Positions 1 to 12,439 of a DNA stretch of 64,000 nt are shown in pieces. Each line of letters opens with the position of its first letter. Position 1 is the first letter of the stretch. The position numbers and the translations under genes were made by a program. Source of the DNA: Catajapyx aquilonaris (taxonomy: Eukaryota); assembly GCA_000934665.2 (NCBI GenBank), contig KZ537998.1:62001-126000 (forward strand), written 5' to 3'. Under the pieces are notes generated by a model. It ran no database searches. It was not told the DNA's origin and worked only from the letters and a program-made list of their open reading frames with translations.

Positions 1-1135
1 GACTCGTTTCTAAACCTTCCCATAAAAATGTTAGATTGACTCTACGTTGGAATTCAGTACCATTGCTATAAATAGTTGCTATAGGGACAAAAAGTGGCCC
101 GCTTCGTTAAAAGGCGTTTCAATTACGAGGACACGTAATGAAATTCACTACATTTCTACGAGTCAGACCGACATGCATGGAATAAGACAATTTTGCATCG
201 AAAATGTTACTGAAAAATCATCATACATGTATATGATACAGGCATATACAGAAGCCCACAATAAAAAGTTTGAAAACAAACCGGCCTTTTGCTTTGCCGA
301 CACTTTGGACAAATATGGAGTGGCGCAAAGTTCCTCAATTGTATTCGAATTGTAGTTCCGAAACATAAATTTGGACTCATTGCGCAGCACTAACACGACA
401 TTAATCAAGCTTAGACCGCAACCATAGACATGAAAAACAACCCTTCAACACTGCCAAGCTTCGGAAAAAGATTCCCTCCTTTCAACCATGTTTGGATGGT
501 TCCATGACAAGCCCCATTAATCACCAGAGTCAAGCTTCCGGCAAATGTCCGTACCAGAAAGAAATGAAAATATGAAAAAAAAGAAAGATGAGAAAAGGTA
601 TTGATCAGAATGCCTCATCGGTGAAGCCCCAAAAGATCGCTGAGTCTTCATCTCTCTTCGACATGCCCTTTCATAGTTATTTCCAAGGAAAGCTATTAAC
701 ACAAGGTGGTCCACTGCCATATCCTGAATGATCCAACTCCCCGCTGGATGCAGCTCAAAACTATAAAATGTAACATGGGCAGGAAACTATACTATAGAAT
801 CTGACAGGAGAGAGATCACACCCATGAAAATCAGTATCGCAGGGTTCATGACACAAGGCCGTGTTTAATGACCTTCTGATAAAGATTTTGTGACAGCGCC
901 GCTTTTTTTGAATTACAATGAAGCGATCAATTTGATGGCATACTCGACGCTCCCTTTAATTAATGAGACCGTTTTTTATAAAAAAAAGTGGCCGGGAGTT
1001 TTCCCCAAACACGCTTATCTCTCGAGTCATAAAGTCAAAAAATTATGGGGCGCGGAAGGGCCTATCACACCAGAGAGAATTCTGTCATATCTATACTAAA
1101 TGGAGAGTTGAATTAACCTGCCCGGACATCCATTA
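1..1135 (+). pseudogene. Heavily decayed Polinton/Maverick-type protein-primed DNA polymerase B fragment
   Basis: Collinear motif traces across stops and frameshifts: KPAFCFAD (~PFxIYADFE), ECLIGEAP (~CxICxxP), VVHCHI...KCNM (~DHCHxTGxxRGAAHxxCNL), GVFPKHAYLSSHKVKKLWGAEGPITPERILSYL (~KGVFPYxYxxSxxKLxxxxLPxxExFxSxL). By-eye match only. Confidence 0.5.
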
Positions 1136-1166
1136 ATAAAGCTTTGAACATGTAAAAGGCTGGGGA

Positions 1167-1167
1167 A

Positions 1168-1227
<60 letters not shown>
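1167..1227. repeat. (GA)n microsatellite
   Basis: Directly visible dinucleotide run. Confidence 0.97.
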
Positions 1228-1229
<2 letters not shown>

Positions 1230-2140
1230 TCATCTTCTTTAGTGCTATAAAATTTAGAGAAAACCTAGTTAGTTCTCACGCTCTAAATAACAGGTTCTAA
1301 CATATCCATGCTGATCTACCTGACATAGATCACATCTCAGTTACGTATACGTTTAATTAAACCCCAAGCAATGCCGTAATAAATCAAAAAAATCTTTAAA
1401 TACAGCCATGTATTTTTATATCCATGTAAAAAAAAATCCGGTTTGACGCATGCTCAAATCTTTCTCCTCTAATCCACAGCAAGGTCACGAACAAGAAAAC
1501 TATTTAAACCATGCATAAATGTTAATTAATAAAGTAGGTTACAATATTGTGGCCTTATGTGTGCATGTACTGTATCCTATTAATGCATTTTCGAAAGGAA
1601 ATTATTATATTTTTGTGACGTCAAAGTAACCTTTGACCTCAAAAGGGAAAGTGTAAAACATTAAAATGTACTTTTGGAAGGTATATTTATTCTAAATCAA
1701 AATTAAAATTATCAGGGAGATAAAATATTTCTTCCCTGTTTTTTTGTATGGAGGATTATTGCTATACAGTAGGCCTATATAAAGATTAAAATTATTTCAA
1801 AAATATTATTATATTAAAATTATTATTCTCACGATGTAACTTATTATTGTTGACCTCAGGCCAGAACTAAATAATATCAGGGACACATTGAAGCAGTTCT
1901 GTGGGATAAACCAAATTCATGAAATTTTTAAAATGTACTGTTACACACCTTGACTGATCTGTATTGAAACCCCCCTCCCCCTCGCCCCGTTTTTTCCCCT
2001 TATTATTTCAAAATTGAAACACGAACATCAGCGAAAAAGCTATCTACCTTCGTCCAATTGTCGGTAGAGGAGAATACAGGAGAAAATAATTTGCGACGCG
2101 ACAATCGTTTTCCATAATTTTTTATACTTGCACGAGGAAC

Positions 2141-2500
2141 TAGTGTATTAGTCACTCACTGACTCACCAAATGTGTGGACAGTCGATGTCATCAAGTTGG
2201 CCTCACTCTCATTCCTGGAAGATTTTGTTATTCATTGCAACAGACACTGCTCCAATGAAGACAAGCCGCGTTATCACCTGTAACTTGAGCCCCAGAGCAA
2301 TATTTCCCTTAGCTATGAAGCAGATGCAATGAAGGAACTTGGCTTCCAGTCAAGACATTTAATGTTCATCACTTCGAGCCCTTGATAAAGCTCAGTTATG
2401 GCATTGTTTTCTGTGAAGGTGGTGTGGCCGAGCGGTCTAAGGCGCTGGTTTTAGGCATCAGTCTCTCACGAGTCGTGGGTTCGAATCCCACTGCCACCAC
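2141..2500 (+). repeat. Duplicated unit (upstream flank plus tRNA-Leu), inverted paralog at 46729-47091
   Basis: Aligns to reverse complement of 46729-47091; near-identical proximally, more diverged distally. Confidence 0.92.
2418..2499 (+). tRNA. tRNA-Leu(TAG), copy A
   Basis: 82 nt cloverleaf: acceptor GGTGGTG/TGCCACC-A, A box TGGCCGAGCGG, anticodon arm CTGGT-TTTAGGC-ATCAG, long variable arm, B box GGTTCGAATCC, T-runs immediately downstream. Confidence 0.92.
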
Positions 2501-2506
2501 AGTTTT

Positions 2507-2573
2507 ATTTTCAGCAAAATTTCTTCTGTATAATGCAATTATTGCATTATACAGAAGAAATTTTGCTGAAAAT
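2507..2573. repeat. Perfect palindrome, 33-bp arms and 1-nt spacer
   Basis: ATTTTCAGCAAAATTTCTTCTGTATAATGCAAT-T-ATTGCATTATACAGAAGAAATTTTGCTGAAAAT. Confidence 0.95.
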
Positions 2574-2632
2574 CGAACCCACGACTCGTGAGAGACTGAT
2601 GCCTAAAACCAGCGCCTTAGACCACTCGGCCA
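2573..2632 (-). pseudogene. Truncated inverted copy of tRNA-Leu(TAG) lacking the acceptor stem and 3' half of the T arm
   Basis: Reverse complement TGGCCGAGTGGTCTAAGG...GTGGGTTCGA matches 2425-2484 with one C>T change. Confidence 0.9.
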
Positions 2633-3069
2633 GTTTTACCTCATACTGGCAATAATATCTTGATTCCTCTACTACAATTATTTTCCCTTGCAGTAGTTTT
2701 GATTTGGTGGTGGTGGTGGGGGGGGGGGGCTTAGTTTGCATGAGGTCGCTAAGGATTTTTGTCAACCTGTTTATTATTGGACCACGACCCTGAGGTGACT
2801 TCGCGGGGTCTGATCTCACAGGGTAGATAAATAATGTACAGGTCTATTACATACAGTAGCCTATAATGATAATAGTGGTATCTTACTAGAGAAAATGGTC
2901 AGGAAATCTTTCATAATCGAGCCGTTGATGGTAGAGCCTCTCTTGGGGCGCGTGGGGTGCGGGGTTTAGGATACATCCGGCCGCTTGAATTTTAAATCTC
3001 GCATTTCACTACGAAAGTACGTACCGTATTTAAGTTTGTTGTCGTGCATCATGTCCGGGAGGTTGGATT

Positions 3070-3132
3070 AAGCACAGGTTTTACGCTGGGGTTAGGTTTC
3101 AGCAAAACAGGGTTGTAAAATGAAAAGTCGTA
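3070..3132. repeat. Dispersed repeat fragment, inverted copy at 7208-7266
   Basis: ACAGGTTTTACGCTGGGGTTAGGTTTCAGCAAAAC...AAGTCGTA versus TACGACTT...GTTTTGCTGGAACCTAACCCCGTCGTAAAACCTGT. Confidence 0.75.
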
Positions 3133-3761
3133 AAACGAAACCACTATCCAACCCTGCCACAATGCAACACTTCCTTTTTTTGTAAGAAAGAAAGTAAGCG
3201 TCTCGTCTGTTGCGTGCTTTTGTACTCACCGGTGTTGCATCAATGTGTTACTGTCTCGATAGTTTATTTTGTTGCTTTCAATTTTTTTTCTCAAAATTTT
3301 CATTCTTGTAGGTAATTTTGAAAATGTTCTATAAAGGGGCAAAAAGGTCGAGCATGCATGAGACGTTCTAGCATTACTGTTACTGTCATTATTGACATCG
3401 ATATTTGAGAAAAGGCCTTCGGATTTTTTTTGTAAATCCCGGCCAATCAAAAAGATAATTACTTAAAGTTATACAGTAATAAGCGATATTCAATCACTGC
3501 AGTGATTAATGAAATACTTAATGACTACGGAACCCAGAGGAACGCGCGTTGCGATTCCCTATGTAGGCTACACTACAGCAGAACGATTAATAATAACATT
3601 ACGGTGTTAGTAGTGATGGTGAACTGAAACTTTCACCCAAATGCATTAGCAATATACCATTCTTCATCACAAATCAGACTCTCGGATACGATATCGTTTG
3701 TATGCTGATGGATACCAAAAAGATCCTGAATTGAAAATTGTGTAACACGTTTATCAATATA

Positions 3762-4038
3762 CAGGGTGTTCGCGAATTCGTCTGCCAAAAAGAAATGGGT
3801 AGTAGGGGGTTGCTTATGGAAGAAGCATGGTATGGGTCCGAAAGGCCGGCGGCGCCGACGTTGACGTCAACGATGACTATCCCGACTAATATGGATACCA
3901 CCGTGCAAGCCTGCTGCATTGCTGGTTGCCGGGGCCATGGCCAGGGGTCGACGGCCTTTCGGATCCATGGCATGCCTTTACCATAAGAACCCCCCTACCA
4001 CCCACACCATTTTGGCAAACGAATTCGCGAACACCCTG
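3762..4038. mobile_element. Tc1/mariner-type MITE
   Basis: TIRs CAGGGTGTTCGCGAATTCGTCTGCCAAAA / TTTTGGCAAACGAATTCGCGAACACCCTG, TA on both sides, imperfect inverted repeat extends inward. Confidence 0.9.
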
Positions 4039-4559
4039 TATTTGGTTGTCACAATATGTTATAACATAATTGCTCGTATGGCATTTCTAGCCCCTCTTGT
4101 GAAATAACTTACTGTATTATCTGTACTAAAATGCAGATAACTAATGAATACTACACACTTGCCCGACTGCTATGACAATTTGTTGGCACTATAGGTTGCT
4201 TACTTTTTAGCAATTACCTTTGCATAGTAACGTGTAATAGTTTTCAAACGTATCTGCCAATATTATATGTGTACCCATCCTCCAAGGGAGGTCTGGCTTG
4301 CACAAAGTAGGCCTACTGTTATGTTCTGCCATTGCGATGTTGAGATGCCAATTCGAATGGGCCATTCCTAATCGGAAATACTTTGCAGTTCAGAGCTCGA
4401 ATGGCTGATTCATCAGTTCGGCCTAATATTAGCAGCAAATATACTTTTGATGGACATTATAAAACTAACATGCAAAAGTAGCTGCTAAAAAAATCAGCTT
4501 AGGGCCAACAAATACCCACATTAGTCTGACAAATATTTTGAACCACTCAGGAAATCAAA

Positions 4560-5260
4560 ACGCTCTAGTGAATATATTTATCAGAATGATTCTCTGCTGG
4601 TGGTTCACCTTCATTACCATCCTGTACTTGTCTTCATTCACCGACCGCCACGTACCACTTTTGCTCCATGTAAACTCGAGTACGACTTGCCACCCACTCT
4701 TCCGTCCAACTTGGTACAGGCAATTACACCATCTGGCCGTATGTTCACCCCTCCCATCGTCTCCCCAAAAGACACGGTACACGATGCTGCATTAGGAGTG
4801 TGCCGTTGTACACCATTTCTCACCAGCAGCATCCACGCGCTCCCAAATATTGTCTTGTGCACGCTGCGGAGTGTCCGAGTGCCGGAAGAGAAATGGCGGC
4901 ATAACTTGTGTTTCAGGTCGTAAGGCACGTTCCAACCTGCCCAATTCTCCTCCATTTTCCTCTTCTTTCCTCCTCCTCCTCCTCCTCCTCCCAGCCTTGT
5001 TTTTGTCACGTTCCTTCCCTAAGCTGGCTCTGATTGAGTCATGATGCTGCACCCGCAGGAAGACGTCCAAGATTGATTAGCGTCATGGCAACGTTCATCC
5101 CATCATGTTGTAGAGCTTAGCTCTCTCTTCTTTCCTTTTCTCTTTTTTTCTTCTTTCTTCTTGGTGGCCTGCTCAGACAAGGCATGACACATTTCCTTTT
5201 CCTGATGGATTTATTCCTTGCCGGGGAGTCGGGACAAAATGTCGCGGTCAAAATTATCGC
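4560..5260 (-). mobile_element. Possible decayed MULE-like transposase fragment next to a tandem terminal motif
   Basis: PETQVMPPFLFRH...AQDNIWERVDAAG weakly resembles MULE FPxxxxxxCxFHxxQxIWRxxxxxG; degenerate tandem GGACAAAATGTCGC-like units at 5230-5250. Confidence 0.25.
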
Positions 5261-5369
5261 GCAAAATGGCCGTGTGCTTGGGAGTTATGGAGGGGTATAT
5301 AGGTGCTGTCTTGTACCATTCTGGGGGTGGAAATAAACTTTTTGTGTGATAGGTGGCCTGCAAGCTATG

Positions 5370-5910
5370 CAGGGTGTTTCAAGTTCGTGGGTAGTTTTTA
5401 GTCATCACTAATATCGCCCGAAGTAGTTATTTTGGATACAGTTGACCTTACTGGCGTGCGGGAGGCCTCCGTAGTAGTCGGTGGGGGCAGCTGTCTGTGT
5501 CGCAAAGGCAAGGATAAAGGATAGGCGTGTATCCGCTGAAGATAGGTCTGTATCCGCAAGGAAGAAAGATTAGGCTTGGTTAGGTTAGGTTGGTACATCA
5601 TACCCCTTCCATATATCCAAAAATCAATCTTTGCATCCTTGCCTTTGCGACACAGCCAAGCTGCTCCCAGCCACCACTCACCCTGCCGCCTCCCGCTCGC
5701 CAGTAGGGGTTACTCTTTCTGTTATTTTTGTGCAGCTTGTTGTGCCTCGATCCAGGTGCCTCAGTACTATCAGGTGGTCGAATGTAGCAGTGGCTATAGA
5801 ATAGGGCACCTGGATCGGGGCACAACAAGCTACACAAAAATAACAGCTTTGAGCGAAATTTCCTATAACTATAAATATTATAAAAGGCCCCACGAACTTG
5901 GGACACCCTG
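5370..5910. mobile_element. Tc1/mariner-type foldback MITE
   Basis: TIRs CAGGGTGTTTCAAGTTCGTGGG / CCCACGAACTTGGGACACCCTG, right TA (left TG); inner arms CTGTGTCGCAAAGGCAAGGAT / ATCCTTGCCTTTGCGACACAG; central TTAGG repeats. Confidence 0.8.
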
Positions 5911-8900
5911 TATAGATGGTCACAGTGGCATTCCACAATTTTTAAATATTTTTAAATCCCATAAATACCAGAATGCCACTGTGACTACCATAGCATAGTG
6001 GCATTCTAGTATTTACCTGACTATACATTGAGCACAGTTAAACAGAATTCATTAGTGTTTATTTCCCCGTGCATCCGACCTCGCAGGCTTATCCAACACC
6101 TTTCGTAGTTCTACAATTCTACTGTTTGGTTTCTACGTTTACGCAGCGTAAGTAATACATAATTTACGTGCCGACGCCCAGCACTGATGGCAGGCAGTTG
6201 TTGATTCAGGTGTCATATGATATAATACAGTAACACTGAATTACTTAGTGTCAGTACAGTACCTTACTCCACAACACACTCGTTTTTGCATGCCCTACTA
6301 CAAAATAGAACCGGCTATATTAAGGGCTTTCCAAATCTCACCTTGTAAAATTCACCACACCGCATGTTTCATAAGTTAGCGCCAACAGGCGAATCCGCGA
6401 CACTTCAACCAACACGGATGTAAGTTTAAATACGTGGATTCTGTTGATAAACTTTGTCTTTGGAGTCATGCTTTAAAAAACACACTGAAAATTAATTCAA
6501 TTAACTTCAAATTCAAATTATTGTATTTCACAATCATACGATGACCACTAGTTCCGAATGAGTGACTTCCGAACCATAATTGGAGGCATAACTCAGGGGT
6601 AAGAAACATATTGACACCCTCGTGACTTGCTCCAACGCTCCCCTATTGGCCACTGCCAATTCCGTGACATGGAAAATTTGGTCTAGACGCTTTTCCGTCC
6701 CCCTCCCTCCCTAGTTTGCTAGCAAGTGTATCGATCGTGACCCTGGTTTTCTGGAGCCTGCTTCCAACAAGAGATGAGTAGATGACACGCTCATTGTTTC
6801 AGGCATGTTCGCCGCAATGGGACTGCAGTGCCCCGCATTTTTCTTATACTGTGTACTGTATGCTGCATACCGGCACGGAGAGGGCAGCACCACATTCTAA
6901 TATCGACATTGAGCATACCCGCATAATAAGCAACATAAGCCCTTCAAAACAACGGGTATTGTTGTAGGAAAAGGCTGGAAAATGCCTATCAAGTCGTAGA
7001 TCGATATTGCCATATACAAGTAATTTTATTACATAACTTACTCGTAGTAAGCATATTGATCTGCAGTGTCGCAAATTCATTCGTATACAGTACAAGGTAG
7101 CCGGATTATGAATTTTAATCTCAGGTTAGCGTATACCAAGAGAAGCAAATTATACTGTAATGCCTATTCACCGTTGCCAAAATTATCTCAATTATCTTGG
7201 GCCACAGTACGACTTCATTTCACGACAGTTTTGCTGGAACCTAACCCCGTCGTAAAACCTGTACTTTCCACGGTAAATATTTTAACTGCCGTATGTGATG
7301 CAAACTTAATATTACAATGTATCCAAGATCTTATTTCAAGGTCAATCTCTAGACAGCGTGGAATTTGCTTCCGTGTTAATCATAAATTCAGTTTATTGTT
7401 CCATGCAACCTTGGAAACAAGCCGCTATAAACTTGCGAAACAAAAAACATGACATATGCGTCTCAAAATATGAAAAGAAGTATGATGCCCGAAATTTACC
7501 CGAAGCAAGGCCGACAAGTTTACAAATTCTTCGTTTTTTTTTTTTTGTTTTTTTTTTACACCTTGCTTTGAGACCATTTACAACCTTGCGGACTTGTTTT
7601 ATCGCTGGCGCAAATTGAATATTTCAACTTTCGCGTCAATAAAGTTTGGCAGCTGATGGAATTAAGCTTCGCGGTGGGATATATACGTATTATTTCACGA
7701 AAATTGTGCTCTTAAACTTGCCATGTTGGTGGCGCCCTCACGTTCACTTGTGTCGACTATCAAGGTAAACATGAGTAACCACAAGAACTACATGAGAGAC
7801 TATACTACAGTATAACTGTATACGGCTAATGAAAATCAAAAATATTTTACTAACACATTTTATATTGAAGATCTTATTTTTGAAACGATCAGAGTGACAT
7901 TTTGCTGGAAATTATAGACATTGTTTATTGTAGTCCTTGACGCGTATACTTTCTGATGGTCGAGTGAGTTTTCTTCTATAGAGCAATGACATTCCCTAAG
8001 AAAATGTGAGAAGCATGAATTCCACATGGCATAAAAACCAACATATTCAAATTTCAAACCCACCTAGCTCAAAATCAATGTGACTCTGATAGGTCTGGAT
8101 TTCAGGTCTCCATTGGAAATACGAGTACTATTTTGATACACTCATTGGAAGATTAATATTGTACTCTGTAACAGTAACTCTAGTTCAATCCGTCCAGCAC
8201 AGTCCTACGAGCATAAATCAAAATTGATTTAAACCGAATATAATATCTCTTCTTACTCAAGCGTATATCACTGTGCACTGGTATCGTATTTTACCATCAC
8301 CGAAACCGTTTGCAAAATTGGATATCGATACTATACTGATAACAAATATCGATTCAGAAATTTGACAGCACCAGTTTCAAGTGGGATGCGTTTCTGGTAA
8401 ATTAGCAAATCCCATATTCGCCTCTTGGTTACTTCCTACATATTTTAAATTTAATTGATATTTTAATGTCGCACCGCCTACAAAATAAATATTTTATTCA
8501 GCCTCCAATACTTCACTAGAACAGCTTGTTGCATACATACGGTCCATAATGAAAACCCTGACGAAAGCAGCACTTATTACATTTGGTTCATGCCTGGGCT
8601 CCACTTGTCAAGCCATAAGTGTCCAGGAAAAGCGATGAAATCATAAATATAAAAGGCCTGTCGGTGAAGACAAACGCGCAGGACGAGTCTACGTAATAAA
8701 ACAGAACAAACGTCCCACACCCTTGGGTGCCCTTCACACAATTACATAACCTCATAAGCCGTGGGAGGGAAAACTGGCTCTTCATTAATACTCGTCCGGT
8801 TTTTTTGTTGCTCGTCACTGCCAAGGTGAAGGCTACTGTATAGCACACGCCCTAGATACACACATAACTATTTGCGCTCAAAATAAGCTTTTGTCATGTT

Positions 8901-9339
8901 TATTTATTTTCATGTCTATACACACTTAGAGTGTGTTTGAAGTTACGGTTCTATTTTCAGATAATGTATAGTACAGTACCATTCCAAAAGTAGGTCTACC
9001 GAATGACAAATTGCATCAATGGTGTGATAGAGAGCAAGCCTTGAAGGAATGATGAGGATCTGAACATCCGGTGGAACCAGGCCGGACGTTCCGGTTCGCT
9101 CCGTTCCATTATGACACAGAATATGGCGGATACGGCGCAGTTCATGTACTTAACTTGAGCACGCAAAGTTGACAAGTGCCTTACATTAAAGTAGGCTATA
9201 TTCGTTCACTTTCTGGCTTAGCAAAGGAATGTCCAGAACCTTGCTCTTCACACATGAAGCACATACATAATAAGTACATTCCGTAACGCATGTCTTACGT
9301 GAGGTCACCCATGTGTGAACTTCTCTGCATGTACCCACA

Positions 9340-9560
9340 TGAATATCCATCCGACCTCATACTGACAGGGGTTGATTAGCGTAACTCTCAGCATTTTCAG
9401 GACCTTTCCCTGTTCCAAAAAGAGTCGGAGTGGAACAAGTAGAGGCCCACTTAATCTTCGCACTTGTCGCATTTCCCAAACGCGCCAGCGTGCATGCATG
9501 TGCATCCTCTTAACCAGATAGTCCCCTTTGCAATCAATGTAATGGAAGTCCTCAATCGGA
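9340..9560 (-). pseudogene. Decayed SWIM zinc-finger-like fragment of probable transposon origin
   Basis: CTCMHAGAFGKC followed, after a frameshift, by SYANQP-CQY, resembling CxCxAGxxGxCKH...SCTxxPCxW of SWIM proteins carried by DNA transposons. Confidence 0.3.
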
Positions 9561-12439
9561 CTGATGGATGCCCTTCATTCCCAATGCTGCCAACGGTTGG
9601 GGCTCAGATATCAATCGGAGGCTAGTCCACATAGCCAGCTGTCTCTCAAGAAAAAATACGGCTGTAAACGTACTTAAGTACCAGCCGCAAAAACTACAAT
9701 AAATTTTGCAGATAGGTCAGTCCCATTGGAACAATTTTAAATTTGAATATGCCAATAATTTTCAACAAAAATTTGACTGACCATTCTGCATTTTAGGTCT
9801 TCATTTTAATGCCTCGAAAGCCTTAGGTACCCGCCGTAAACACCTAGATGCACTGCGTTTCACAAGGTGGTCATCAATTATTATTCTACGACCAACACAA
9901 CAGCCAATACTAATCGCCTCATTTTTTATCGCAAATGCCAAGGTGAACATCTCCCATCATAAAAATGTAAACAATCCACACAAATCACTGACCTGGATTC
10001 ATTTTTCAAAAAACTCCTGACACGCAATATTACCAGTGACCAAGACTTACGTCCACCCTCTTCCACCCAATCCACCCACCACAAAAAAAAAAATCATGAG
10101 AAAATGTCGGCGTTTCCCTAGGATCCATTTGTCACCTTTCTTGCGGTTTCTGCACGTGGAAAGCGAGGGACAACCCGGAAGAAGGGCTTCGTTCCGGATG
10201 ACAAGCAGGAAATCGAATTTTGCACGTGTGGATGCAAAAGGCGGGAGTCTTTCCATCCCTCCCCTTCCCTCCCATCCTCCCCACTTCTACTTCAAACCTT
10301 TACCCGATAGCAAGGGGTTTGGAGGAGGGGGAAGGAGGAGGAGGGCACCGCCTCCGATTCATGGCGCCTCACCAGAAGAAAAAGGCGCTTCCCAACTCAA
10401 GAGAGGAAAAATCCGGGAGATTCGGAATGCACGACGTCGAATTCGCGACGTCAAAAGTGCTTCCGGATCATCTTCCGGGGGGGTGTCCCTAGCACGTTTA
10501 TATAAAAGGTGATGGAAAGACTCTCACGCCTAATATTTGCGCAATCAACCATTTAACCCATATGTAACACCAGAATTAAAAAATAGATGGCAAATATGAC
10601 ACACCCTACACTAAACAACTTTTAAAAAAACTGTTTGATGTGGAAAGTGCTTCAAACAAAAAGTTGTAACTGATAGGGAAAAAAAGGTAGCCAAATTCAA
10701 CTTGAAAAGGCCATTACACTTCCTCTGCAATAATAATAGGAGAGCAGTTCACATAGCCTTTTCGTATGGTGCAGCTGAACAGTCTCAAACAACTGAATGT
10801 GAAGTGGAGTGTAAAGAGAGGTCTATGCCACCCATAAGAACAAACCTTTTTAAAACTCCACCGAGACTCAACCCTCCCCACTTTTTTTTTCCTACGCTCA
10901 TTTTGAGAAGGAAAAGTGGGCTTGTTGCCTTCTGGGGCGGAGGAAAGCCTGCTCAATGTTCACTCAACCCTGTACATTCCAATCATGTGAGACCCCCTTC
11001 ATATTACATGATTTATAGGCGTAGCGAATTACGTTTTTCCGTACCACTGCTCTCCTAACTCGTCCTCTAATTCACTTACAGTATGTCTTTGACCTGGCAG
11101 AAAAAAATTGTCTTACATTGTGATCCATACCAGAAGATTCACGCCGGAACACTTTAATGAATTAAAAATGGCGGAATTTTCAGTATGCTTCATATTCACG
11201 GTATTATTTCCCACGCTAGTTTATTTATCTCCCAATTGTTAAAGGGCTATAATGTTTAGTGCAAAAAAAATTTGATAGCCACTGCGGACACTTCCACTGT
11301 AATAGAGTAATACACAGTACACCCGATGAGTCGTGTGAATAGCCTCTCTATAGACCTATAGTAACCTGTAGTAATCGGCAGTAACAATATTGCGTTCAGT
11401 CGTAATCACTTTAGAATCCTCAGGCGAATTCGTGCATATTACTCGATCCTAATAGCACTGGCGGCAAAATTACCAGTACTGGTGTTATTTAAAAATATCC
11501 GCTGAGGCTAAAACCGCTCCAAGTAAATTTACGAAACTAATCCCGGGTACAGTCCGTATAAAAAATTAAGTGCAAGTCAGAAGTGACAGCAATACTGCAT
11601 ATGTACAGTACATGTAATCAACACGGAACAGCTAATTTCACGGAAAAAAATAATCAATCAAACTCTCCCAATAAACTTTATTAAACACGCTAGTCTCGTC
11701 CTATCTCCATCTTGATGAAACTGCAAGCTCAACAATATTAGCACAGGAGAGTCCGGGCCGGAAAAAAAAGGAGGGCGCTTAATTGTTTAAAGAGGCTGAC
11801 AGCGTATCGAGTTCTGTGGGCCAAGGTCATAAAGAAACAACGTAATAAAGACAAACTGCTACGAATTTCGAGGTGAAGTAGTTGTATAGCAAAGGGGAAA
11901 TGAGCCTGGGGCAAAAGTCTCCGACAACTGCTTACTGTAGATGCGCACTTGAACTTTCTTTCTTTCTTCTTCTTTTCACTCGTAACTATAGGAAAAGTTG
12001 GAGGCAAACCTCAACCTGCAACTTTGTTATGTTCCTTGTCACTCATGGGTCGGATGTTTCTAAACATTTTGTCTCGTTTTGTGTTAGTTTATCGGTACCG
12101 CAATTATTACGCATATTGCTAATAAAACAAAGCTATAAACTTCGAACAAAACAGTCCCCCTATAATTTATGGTGTCATAAACGCGGACTAGTTGACTGTA
12201 CTTGAATACTGTTATAGGCAGCGATATTCGTGAATCATGGGTGTATTTGCAGTCAAGATTAAAATGTCATCACAACTGACCTGAACGTCTAGTACTTAAC
12301 AACAATAATAGCCGCCTCACTTGTAGGACATAATTGCTAAGTGCAGGTTTTTATATTTGTAATGCCCTCTGGAAGACCTTCAAATACGGTGGCAACGGCC
12401 AGAGCTGGCGTACAAAACAGCCTGTAGGCTCAAGTGCTG

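Noticed and set aside
2240..2417. Possible C/D snoRNA upstream of the tRNA (ATGAAG x3; GTGATGA on the minus strand)
   Set aside because: No D box conserved in both copies and no terminal stem
2382..2591. ORF MIKLSYG... repeated at 46641-46847
   Set aside because: Simply the translation of the duplicated tRNA locus
5570..5592. TTAGG telomere-like repeats
   Set aside because: Only about four units inside a MITE; not evidence of a telomere or a firm taxonomic assignment
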